Positions 1-9,867 of a DNA stretch of 64,000 bases are shown here, one piece after another. The notes below the pieces were generated by a model. It made no database searches. It was not told where the DNA came from and saw nothing but the letters and a program-made list of their open reading frames with translations. Origin of the DNA: Catajapyx aquilonaris (lineage: Eukaryota); the NCBI GenBank assembly GCA_000934665.2, contig KZ538118.1, positions 1-64,000 on the forward strand, read 5' to 3'. Positions within the stretch are counted from its first letter, which is position 1, and every line of letters begins with the position of its first letter. Both the position numbers and the translations under genes were made by a program.

Positions 1-1002
1 TCTCTAATGAGTGTCACTACCTTCAGGTGGAAGGACATCATTATCAGCCCACGCCATCTACCTTAGGCTCAGAACTTATTGGACGACCCTCGTAAATGTA
101 TGATTATGTGGAAACATCCAACTTGACCATCGAAAGGTAAATGCTTACATCATGGCTGCAGCCTCTTGTGAATAATATTGTGCCTCACCTTGTGTAATAA
201 TCAATGGTGTGAATTAGGGACACATTGTCCTTCAGCAATCATTTGCAATAATTACCTGCCATGCCACCATTCTAGTTTACTAGGAGCATTAGTACACTCC
301 ATGGTTGCTGTGGGTTCCTGCTATCAAATTATTTGATAGTAGGAAATTTCAAATATTTGCTTTATTACTGCAACGTATGGTGTTGTTATATTTGTATGTA
401 TTTTCCTGGAAATAGTAAAAAATGTGTGCTGATAATTTCCTGATGTTTTCTGACGCCAAAATTTATACTGCAAAATATAATGCGCCATCGAAATTCTAAA
501 ACCAGTTTCAGTAGTGTGGCAGATTCTGTCAGAAGTTATTATATGTGTGAGGGTCATTAGAAGTTTTTTGGGCTGTTAGTCCAAGAGACACAAAGTCAGT
601 GTAAAATTCCGTTCCATCTGGTCAACAGACATGCTAATAATGCAATCAACTCCAGATAAAAGAGTTTTGGCTGTAAGCAACCTTCAGTTATAGCCAACTT
701 GACAAGCTGGTCCCACTATACTTTATGCATAGCCTGTGTTTTTGGCCATTAGAAACCTTAGGATACTTATTTCCAAGGTCTCCTATCTGGAATCAACTGT
801 ACTAATGATAATTATTTTAATACCTATGATGTCAATGCAATTCTCTGGATGATTCAGCACTTGTGGAATAACGGTTTTCCATAACTGCTGTAGAGAAAGA
901 TGCCACTGAAAAAAGTTATACGTAATCATTTAATTGGCATTTATTGATTATAATTTCATTATTGGGTAACACAGATCTGATGGTATTATCACGAATTTGC
1001 TT

Positions 1003-4000
1003 CTAAGGCTGAAAATCCCTTGGGCGTATCTTCATCTCACTCTTCTTGAGGGAATAGTTGTGCCCACGCCAGTCCATCCAGTCCACGCCTTTTGCAAAAA
1101 GGGTCGTGTTGCCTCGGAGGTATATTCCATTTAAACTGGACTGCAATTGCATTGAACATGTGAATGGAAGACAAGGTAACAACCCAAAAGATCAAAAAGT
1201 GGCATGTAATATTGAATTGAACCATGAGTGATTTAGCAGCTTCGGCTAAGGTTCCTACTTTTACAAACTAGTTTTTTTTTGGCTGTGCTGATAAAAAATT
1301 ATGGACTATAATTTATTAGATATTCAGTGCTATTATTTGCATTTTCATTGTTACAAGCAGATTTCATGTTTAGTCGTCTGATGTGTGACTTGAGCAAACT
1401 CATTGCTGTTGCTCTTGCTTTACAGTTGCATTAACAATTTTTAATATGAAACTATTGGAGACCTGACCAAAAAAAATATGAGTAGAAAAAAGGACAAGTG
1501 AAGTAAGTAGATATGGTTCCTACCTTGTGACAATTTTTATACCACCAGGCACCATTAAACACCACTGCACAGTGCCTGGCTTTGTCAGCATCATTGTCAC
1601 GATCAAGAGTGCTGAAGTGTTGTCCACTGTGATGTGATAGAGAATCACCTGCAATGGGTGAGGAGAATGTGCCACATTGCTTAAATAGAAGCACATTGTG
1701 ACACACCATGTCAAAATGGCTGTTACAGCTGCCAAATACAATATGACCCAATATTATGACAAAATTTTGTATTGTGGAATACCAGTTGCACTGCTGATTA
1801 CATATATTCCTCAGGTCTCAATTCGCCTCTGTATGCAACAGTTGTTAATGTGATAATAGTAATAATAATAATTTTTAGGTAGTGCCTGACCCTATATAGG
1901 GTATGCTGCACAGACCTTTATTGTAACTTGTAGTACATAGATGATATTTTTGAAATGCCCGGGCCCACAGGCAGGATGACAGGAGGGGATGTGCAAGGTG
2001 CAGTCCAATGTCTTAAACGTGGCCATTTTTAGTGAACTCCCCCGGGTGGTTTAGTCTGTTGGAAATACCACCCGAGACGAAGCCAGAGGTGACCCTGAAC
2101 TCTGCACGAGATAAAGGGGGTGTCCCCGGGCTGGGATCGAACCCGGGACCTTAACATCCGTGGGCGCATAAGTTACCACAGCACCACTCCGCCTCCTCAC
2201 TTGTTAATGTGATATTTCCTAGGTTCAATTTCTAGATACGTGAAAGTTCATATCTGCAAAATTTACCTGAATCTCCAGAGAACCCATTCACCAACAATTT
2301 GTAATTGGACGATTCACCAGCAATGTGGAACGTGTTGTACTTGGCAAATCGTGTACCTCCTTCAAAGTCTTCCAGTTCAATTCGCAAAGAGCAAGGTACA
2401 GATGATGTCAAACGGTGAATATTATCCAATCCTGAAAAAAAAAACATTAGGTTGTGTCGGGAACACAAGTCGCAGCTTTTGACGTGAATACGTCTTTAAA
2501 ATCGGATCAGTATTGGGGGGAGTGAATTATCAGTATTGAAGTCTGGACACATGCATGGTAATCCTAAAGTCTGGACACATTCATGGTGACCCTCCTAAGA
2601 ATTTCCCTGCATGCCTCTGCCATGTGCCCCGTGGCAGGGTCCTGACTATAACACTCACACGCCACTTCGGATATAGTAGACTCGGTTATAATAGCCTGTA
2701 ACGCTTTTCTGTAACGCTCGAGTTTGCCTCCATGCCCGTATGCGGATCCAAATTTAACCACGTCGGATATAGTAGACTCGGTTATAATAGACTCGTTTAT
2801 AATAGACTAACGCTTTTCTGTAATGATCGAGTTTGCCTGCATGCCCCCCATCTATACGGACCCAATTTTAAAGACGTATTCACGTCAAAAGGATAACCCT
2901 TCTGAAGTTCTAATATTAGTGTTGGAATTCACCAAATACCACTTTGACAGCTTATACAAGTGTGTATAGCAGTTCGTATGATATATGTGACGACAAGATA
3001 TGCTTCATCATGCTGTCTGTGCTACTTCCATTTGGATTATAAGTTACCTAGCCAGAACTCCTTGTTGAGGTCTCCAAATCCAGTTTTGTATGTCATCCAA
3101 TTTTGGTAAAAGTCCAAAGGAGGAGGGTAATCATCCCGTCGTTGGACCACTGTCCAGCCTCCACTGTCAGTTGTTAGGTCACAATATACCTGCAATATTA
3201 ACAAATGTCACTAAGAATATTTTCTGTAGTTTTAGGTTGGAAATTCGTAATATGTTGGGCAACAATTGTCCTGAATGGCAGCGATTTTCAAAAACCATTC
3301 ACTCTTGGTTGAAGCTAGAGAATTATTTTTCCTGTACACTCCAAGCCACTTAAAGGCAGAGGCATATTGTGCAGTCACATAAGGGTGTCAAAAAGGAGTT
3401 ACTTCAATTTCCTTGGAGAGAACTTGGAGTGTGTAGATTCCGCTGGTCCTGTGGCCCGCTTGTTGGACTTCAGCGCAACTGCTGGGTGCAGCGTACCTCT
3501 TAAATCTCTCTGTTGAAATCAGGGAAAAGTTATTGTTACTCTATAGCATGAAACTGAGGAGTAAGTAAAATGTTAACGAATGTCTTTATGCAGTATGTGT
3601 GCTTATACGGAACATTCTACTGCAGAAAATACTTTTTGTTATCAACTCTTTTTTAGCAATATTATCATTTTTGAGATAACTATGTTCTTAAAGTAGTAAC
3701 TTTAACAGCTAATGAACTGTCCCAATGTTTTCTTCAATTTTAATGATTCTTAGGATTCAACTCACCAAGGAAAGCTCTTTCTTGTTGCACTGTCTTATCC
3801 AGCTGAAAAATTGCAAAGTTAAGTTTATGTGTTCATCAACTGATAATAACTTATATTATGTAACAGTAGGTCAGTCACATACCAAATTCAAATGTTGGTA
3901 ATAAAAATGAATCTACTTGTATATGACTTATCAAGTGTAAAGTGATAGGCAGGTAATTGGGGATCTTACCATTATAATTATAGTAATAATGCTAGACTAG

Positions 4001-4313
4001 ATCAGAAAGGTTTGACAACTTACAACAGTTAGTATAGCACAAATACTGAGATACTGTAGTACGAAGTGGCACAAAATGTGCCATGCTCATACTAATAGCT
4101 AACATCATATTCCAATTTAGTCAGTGTAAATCATTTTTCAATGCGCTCTTTGCACAAAGGGAATAATCAATTTTTGAACAAACTTTAGTTGAAAATAAAT
4201 TGGCATACCAATACCTCATTTGTAGGCCCGTGCAGATTTACTTCCACTGCATTGTCACCTGACACTAAATGAAGATACACTACAATGACTATGATACAGT
4301 AGCAATAGGTCAT
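1003..4313 (-). CDS. Secreted fibrinogen-related domain protein (FReD; tachylectin-5/ficolin-like), copy A, 7 exons, ~270 aa
   Basis: Coding exons (minus strand): 4313-4215, 3802-3766, 3509-3403, 3189-3048, 2431-2267, 1648-1524, 1140-1003. All introns are GT-AG and phase-compatible; the total is 813 nt. Hydrophobic N-terminus [22 protein letters not shown] motifs: [77 protein letters not shown]. Confidence 0.92.
1856..2200 (-). mobile_element. tRNA-derived SINE inserted in an intron of FReD copy A
   Basis: Minus-strand head has an A-box-like TGGTGCTGTGG and a B-box GGTTCGATCCC. An (AAT)n-type tail lies at ~1856-1872. A 14-bp target-site duplication ttgttaatgtgata sits at 1842-1855 and 2201-2214. 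Confidence 0.85.
2476..2891. mobile_element. MITE-like insertion in a FReD A intron
   Basis: Terminal inverted repeat cttttgacgtgaatacgtcttt / aaagacgtattcacgtcaaaag. Internal direct duplication cggatatagtagactcggttataatag (~2668 and ~2764). No clear TSD. Confidence 0.6.
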
Positions 4314-4379
4314 TTTGAATAGCACTTCACCACACCGAGTCTAACTTAAGTCTAAACTATGGGGGGATTTGCATATCCC

Positions 4380-4388
4380 TTTATATAT
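4380..4388 (-). promoter_or_regulatory. Candidate TATA box of FReD copy A
   Basis: TATATAAA on the minus strand ~70 nt upstream of the ATG at 4313. Confidence 0.45.
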
Positions 4389-5636
4389 CCATTTTATATA
4401 CAATTTGCGTCGTGTATTTTTAGTTTCTTCTGACCATTTATGGTTAATGCGGTATTCCCCCCTGGTGATGTTATGCTATACAGCCAGAGACCTACATGTA
4501 TTCTTATTATTAAGTGACATACTTTAATTGTGTCAAAAAATAAAGCTTCAGACAAATGTATTTTGATGCTTTACCAACAGCAAAACCCTATCAAGGTGAA
4601 GGGATAGTTACCTAACATTCATTTTGAATTTGTTTTTGGACTCAATTATTCGGCAAAATGAACTTGTAAGGTAGCCTACGGTAGTTACCAGTGATTAGTT
4701 GCGCTGAGCAAATCTTTTTTGAAATATTAGAATCATTACACTCCTCAAAGTAGCGGGCTAACACTAATGCATACCCAGATGTTATTCCCTGCATATCATC
4801 AATCAGCATTTCTGTATATTTCTTGAAGATGTCTGTCGGAACATTTCGCGAAAGGTTTATGCCAAAGTGTTGAGTTAATATTTACAATTGAGGATTGCTC
4901 AATTGATGAGTTATAGACAAATAAATAAGGATAGCAGCTGCTGCGCCCCTGTTCAAATAATGCATGTGACGTAATGGCCACTTCGCCCTTGAACTTCTGA
5001 TCCATAGTAATTTTGTAGAAATTCTTCCTAAATATCCTGCAACGCAATATCTTGGTATACTCATTACTTATCTCTCCCTAATCACAACCAATTTTGAGCT
5101 TGTTACTGGCCTTAAATATTTAAGAGCTGCGGCTGTGCTTACAACTCCGTAATGGCAGGACATTACAGGCACAAACTGCTGCACGAAGAACGATCAGCAA
5201 AAAATTAATAGAGTTCAAATACATGTTAATATTCAGTAAACTTTGATATGTAGCTAGTGTCCAGGTGGCTGTAGCCACTTTTAATTTCTCAGCTCTATTT
5301 CTTCGTTGTTCATGTATTTTTAACTTGGGAAGAAACTGGATATATTCGAGAACTCAGCGACTATGAACAATGGTAGTTCGTTTCAATCATTACACAACAC
5401 ATGAATGTCTAAAATGCAAATTGTAGTTGAACAGTCTTTTTCTACTGCATAATAGCATGAGGTTTTCGTCCAGAGATAGTATCTTAGGCCAGTGTTGCAA
5501 TCGTTTATTTAAATTGCAGCCAATTGGACTACAATTATTGCCCTTGGGTGTACTGCACCAGGTACTTAAGCTTCAGCAAGTTGCGACACTCGTAAGGTCA
5601 GAGCGCGTTCGAGTCCAAAACTTTGAAGCTGTCAAA

Positions 5637-7637
5637 ATGTGGCTCTCTGCATTTTCCATTTCAATCCTACTCAGTTTATCATGTGCCGACCGACCAAAAC
5701 TGTCACCTGACCTCGACCATGACACCGACCTTGTCCTGTCACTGGTCAACGACATCCACCAATACCTGCTCCAAAAATCGGATGTCCAACTGGCCGTCTC
5801 ACTGGACCACTTTCCTTCCGGCAGCATAAGCCGACTGGTGTCCAACAATCAGGTGGACAACAAGTTCGCCACAATCTGGTGGTCAACAGAAGTATCCAAC
5901 GAGACCACAGGTACGGGCCTGACTATGGAGTGCGCCTGGAGTAGGCTGTTCGTGGTGTCCTCCAGTCCGGACAAGGCCAACTTGCTGACCTCCAGCAGGA
6001 TGACCACAATGTGGTCTCAGCCGCTGCATGACCACCTGATCCTTTGGCTGACCAATGTGACCGACACTGAAGAGATAAAGCAAACGATGGTGCAATACCC
6101 GATTGCTGACTTTCGATTCAAAGTGGCGACGGTGGTACAGGGCGATTCATTGCTTCTGTATTCCCTCTGCTTCTATTGCGATAAAGGCTCTCCTACTCTT
6201 GAGTTCCTCGGGACGTACCGCAAAGGGCAAGGTATCGACACCCTGCCTTTGTTCTTGAAATACGGAGAGAATTTCCACTGGAGCCAGTTTCGCATTCCAT
6301 TCATTGACACGTATGACATGAACGATGTGTCAGAAAAGATGAAGGATCTGATCATATACAGCGCTGAGGCAACTGCTGCTTTGGTCCTTACTGAAATGCT
6401 GAATGCTTCTCTAGAGATCTACAACTTGGAAAGTGCAGGGTCTGAGATATTAGAAGGCCAGCTGCCAAACGGGACGTGGCTTGGATCCATCGGCGACTGC
6501 GTTTACAAACGCGCTCAATTGGCAGTGTTTCCATTCCCGCCTGGAGAAATCATACGCGACGCCGAGTACAGTGTCCCTTTCCATTTTGATCGGGTCACTT
6601 TCGTAGTGCTGAGGCCTGAGCCAATCTACAGCTGGATGATCATAATCAAGGCCTTCTCGGGTTTCTTGTGGTTTGTCATATTCATCTGTGCAGTGACCTG
6701 CGGGGTCATCATGTGGCTGGTGGCTGTCTCTAGAGCCAAAGTGGACACTTTGCTGTCAGAGACTAAAGTCAAGCCGAAAGGTATGTCCACCTTCATGGCC
6801 TTCACCTTCTCGACTTTGATCGATCAAGATGTCCAGATGCCCTCGTTCATCCAAATCCGAATGATGGTGTTCGTCTGGATGATATTCGTCATGCTGATCA
6901 TCACCTGCTACGAGAGCCGCCTCTTTGCCCTGATCGCCATACCGGCCATGACCACTCCTCCTGCCAACTTCCGTGAGCTGCTCGACCCTTCATTTAGGTA
7001 CGACTCGTACATGCCGTACACCCAGCTGCTGCTATTCACAGCCATGGTGGAGCGACAGGGAGAAGGAATCAACAGCGCCATCAAAGACGCGGTCAATGGA
7101 GGTGTCCAGTCCGCTCCTGGCCTCCCCAAATGCCTGGAGAAGGCGACTGAGCGACGCCAAGCTTGCGTGACCATATCGTACTACGCCGCGACTTACGGAC
7201 AAGTGCACATGGACGCGAAGGGGGAACGACTGATCTACCAGCCGCCTGAAGCGAAGACATTCTTCTTCTACGTGTTTGCGATCATGCCCAAGAACTCACC
7301 GCACGCTCCTTATGTCAATTTTTTTGCCAGCAACCTGCTAGCAAGTGGGATTGATCTGTTCTATCGGGACAGGGTGGCCCACTACTGTTTCACCCAAGGT
7401 CTGACGGTGGCCAGGGACCAGGCCATGGCCAAGAGGCTGGCCGGCGAAGAGGAGGAGATCGATGGGGCCAAGGTGCTGGACCTGGAGGTGCTGCAAGGAC
7501 CCTTCCTGCTGCTCTCCTTCGGTCTGATCATTGCCCTCGGAGCCTTCGGAGCGGAGATGTGTTTCTGGCATTCCTCTGGAATTAAGCGGCGCTGGAAGGA
7601 AAGGAATGTGGATAAAATAGTAGACATTGGGAACTAG
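5637..7637 (+). CDS. Intronless divergent ionotropic receptor (variant iGluR/IR chemoreceptor family), copy 1, 666 aa
   Basis: First in-frame ATG giving a signal peptide (gtcaaaATG; MWLSAFSISILLSLS). S1 motif NGTWLGSIGDCVYKRAQLAV, M1 RPEPIYSWMIIIKAFSGFLW, pore-region TFSTLIDQD, M3 WMIFVMLIITCYESRLFALIAIP, M4 LDLEVLQGPFLLLSFGL. The size and single-exon structure are typical of lineage-expanded arthropod IRs. Confidence 0.88.
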   Translation: MWLSAFSISILLSLSCADRPKLSPDLDHDTDLVLSLVNDIHQYLLQKSDVQLAVSLDHFPSGSISRLVSNNQVDNKFATIWWSTEVSNETTGTGLTMECAWSRLFVVSSSPDKANLLTSSRMTTMWSQPLHDHLILWLTNVTDTEEIKQTMVQYPIADFRFKVATVVQGDSLLLYSLCFYCDKGSPTLEFLGTYRKGQGIDTLPLFLKYGENFHWSQFRIPFIDTYDMNDVSEKMKDLIIYSAEATAALVLTEMLNASLEIYNLESAGSEILEGQLPNGTWLGSIGDCVYKRAQLAVFPFPPGEIIRDAEYSVPFHFDRVTFVVLRPEPIYSWMIIIKAFSGFLWFVIFICAVTCGVIMWLVAVSRAKVDTLLSETKVKPKGMSTFMAFTFSTLIDQDVQMPSFIQIRMMVFVWMIFVMLIITCYESRLFALIAIPAMTTPPANFRELLDPSFRYDSYMPYTQLLLFTAMVERQGEGINSAIKDAVNGGVQSAPGLPKCLEKATERRQACVTISYYAATYGQVHMDAKGERLIYQPPEAKTFFFYVFAIMPKNSPHAPYVNFFASNLLASGIDLFYRDRVAHYCFTQGLTVARDQAMAKRLAGEEEEIDGAKVLDLEVLQGPFLLLSFGLIIALGAFGAEMCFWHSSGIKRRWKERNVDKIVDIGN

Positions 7638-8544
7638 AGCTGTTACGGAGATGCACGTGGATAAGTTCCAGAATGATATGCAGTACGAGTGGCAGAGTGT
7701 GTGTAATAACTCAAATTCATATCGGGAAACCCTTCACTTCTATCTACTTTCCTAAGCGTGTATCCGCTGAAGGATTGGCGTGTATCCACCAGGAAGGAAG
7801 GTTAGGCCATGGCGGGTCATGGGGTATGGGTTGGTACAGTATCGCGTGCCCCTACCCCTGCCACATTCGGTCTCCCGATATGAAAGTCTTTCCCATTATG
7901 GTTGTGTGTATTATACAGTAGTCGGGTTTTCGACATTTCGCATTTTAGATTTGCATAAGAGCAAAAACATTCCCATGAGTGAAAAAAAGGGTAGGATAAG
8001 ACCTCCGTTGCGGAATGAAGGTACTGAAACAAGGCAGGCGCACGTAAGACCTTCACCAATTGATTTAAACCGTACAGTACCATAGGTCTTACTAACAACT
8101 CTTACTACAAGCAATTACCAATTTACTACTCATGAAATCTCCTTTCTGAAAACAGTTTGTGGAATTTTCTTCGTACGACTAGTTACTTCTAACTTAGCAG
8201 TACCAGTGTAGTGCAATATAGAAAACAGCAAAAGTAGTACGACGAAAATTCCACCCATTAATTTTCCGTGAGCCACTCCATATTAGTGTTTTCTGAAATT
8301 ACGAACTTCATAATTAATCACATTGAATTTCTATACGATTGGTGCGAATTATTGCCATGAAACATTCATGCAGAATTGTCACTTCTTTTAGATGCGGATT
8401 TTAACACATGTAACACATGTAACTTGGGGTAACATGTAAACGTAAATTGGTAAATTGTAGATGGTCTTTTTCGATTTGATTCTGCATTTTCAGGAGAGAA
8501 AATTTCCATGTCTGTTAGGATGGGTTTAGTTTTTTTTCCTTTTG

Positions 8545-8831
8545 CCTTGTGACAATCTTTATATACCACCAGGCGCCATTAAACACCACGGCACAGTGCC
8601 TGGCTTTGTCCACATCATTGTCACGATCAAGAGTGCTGAAGGATTGTCCACTGTGATGTGATAGAAGATAGAGAATCGCCTGCAAGGCTGCAATGGGTCA
8701 GGAGAATGTGCAGCATTGCTTATATAAGCACATTGTGACACACCATGTCAAAATGGCTGTTAGAGCTGCCAAATACAATATGACCCAATATTATGACAAA
8801 ATTATGTATTATCAGGTCTCAATTCGCCTCT
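8545..8831 (-). pseudogene. Decayed duplicate of FReD A exon 6 and adjacent intron
   Basis: Closely matches 1523-1830, but has a +2 insertion near 8560, a +7 insertion near 8665, and the GT donor changed to GC. It joins directly to sequence matching 5023 onward. Confidence 0.85.
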
Positions 8832-9266
8832 TCCTAAATATTCTGCAACACACAATATCTTGGTACTCATTACTTATCTCTCCCTAATCACAACCAATTC
8901 TGAGCTTGTTGCCGACCTTAAATATTTATGAGCTGCGGCTGTGCTTACAACTCCATAATGGCAGGACATTACAGGCACAAACTGCTGCACGAACTACGAT
9001 CAGCAAATAGAGTTCTAACTTCTAATACATGTTAATATTAAATTAACTTTGATATGTAATGTCCCGGTGGCTGCTGCCACTTTTAATTGCTCAACTCTAT
9101 ATTTCTTCGTTGTTCATGTATTTTTAACTTGGGAAGAAACTGGATATATTCGGGAACACAGCGACTATGAACAATGGCAGTTCGTTTCAATCATTACACA
9201 ACGCATGACTGTCTAAAATGCAAATTGTATTTGAACAGTATTTTTCTACTGCATAATAGCACGCGG

Positions 9267-9688
9267 CAGGGCCGGCCCTAGGTGGGTGCGGGGCCTAGGG
9301 CAAGAACTAAATGCGGGGGCCTATTCTCAGTGAGTGAATTTCTGTACATCACGCATTGCGTATCCAACAATTTTGTTGGCTGACTTTCTATAATAACGTA
9401 CAACTGAGGGGCGTAGACAGAAAATTTTAGGGTGCGGGCCCATAAGCAGTAGAGGGAGGGGAGCAAGCCCGCCGCATGCGAAATTTTTTTGAAGTTCAAG
9501 GTCACATGAGCTTAGTTGAATGTAGTAGATTTGAATGGGTGTGTATTGATGAAATACTCGTTCAAAATGTCATTAACTCTTGACTGATTTTATGAGCTCT
9601 CTCTCTCTCTCTCTCTCGGCGCGGGGCCCCCCAGAAGCGCGGGGCTCTGGGCGGTCGCCCGGACTGCCCACCCCTAAGGCCGGCTCTG
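9267..9688. mobile_element. hAT-type MITE upstream of IR copy 2
   Basis: TIRs cagggccggccctagg / cctaaggccggctctg. 8-bp TSD gcacgcgg (9259-9266) / gcacgcag (9689-9696). The element is absent at the paralogous position (~5454-5461) of copy 1. Confidence 0.88.
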
Positions 9689-9867
9689 GCACGCAGATTT
9701 CGTCCAGAGATAGTATCTTAGGCCAGTGTTGCAATCGTTTATTTAAATTGCAGCCAATTGGACTGCAATTGCCCTTGGGTGTACTGCACCAGGTACTTAG
9801 GCTTCAGCAAGTTGCGACACTCGTAAGCTCAGAGCACGTTCGAGTAAGAAACATTGAAGCTGTCAAA

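Noticed and set aside
9580..9867. N-terminal extension of the 759-aa ORF (likewise 5427-5636 of the 736-aa ORF)
   Set aside because: The ORF caller used TTG starts, and the 9580 start lies inside the MITE. The signal peptides begin at ATG 9868 and ATG 5637.
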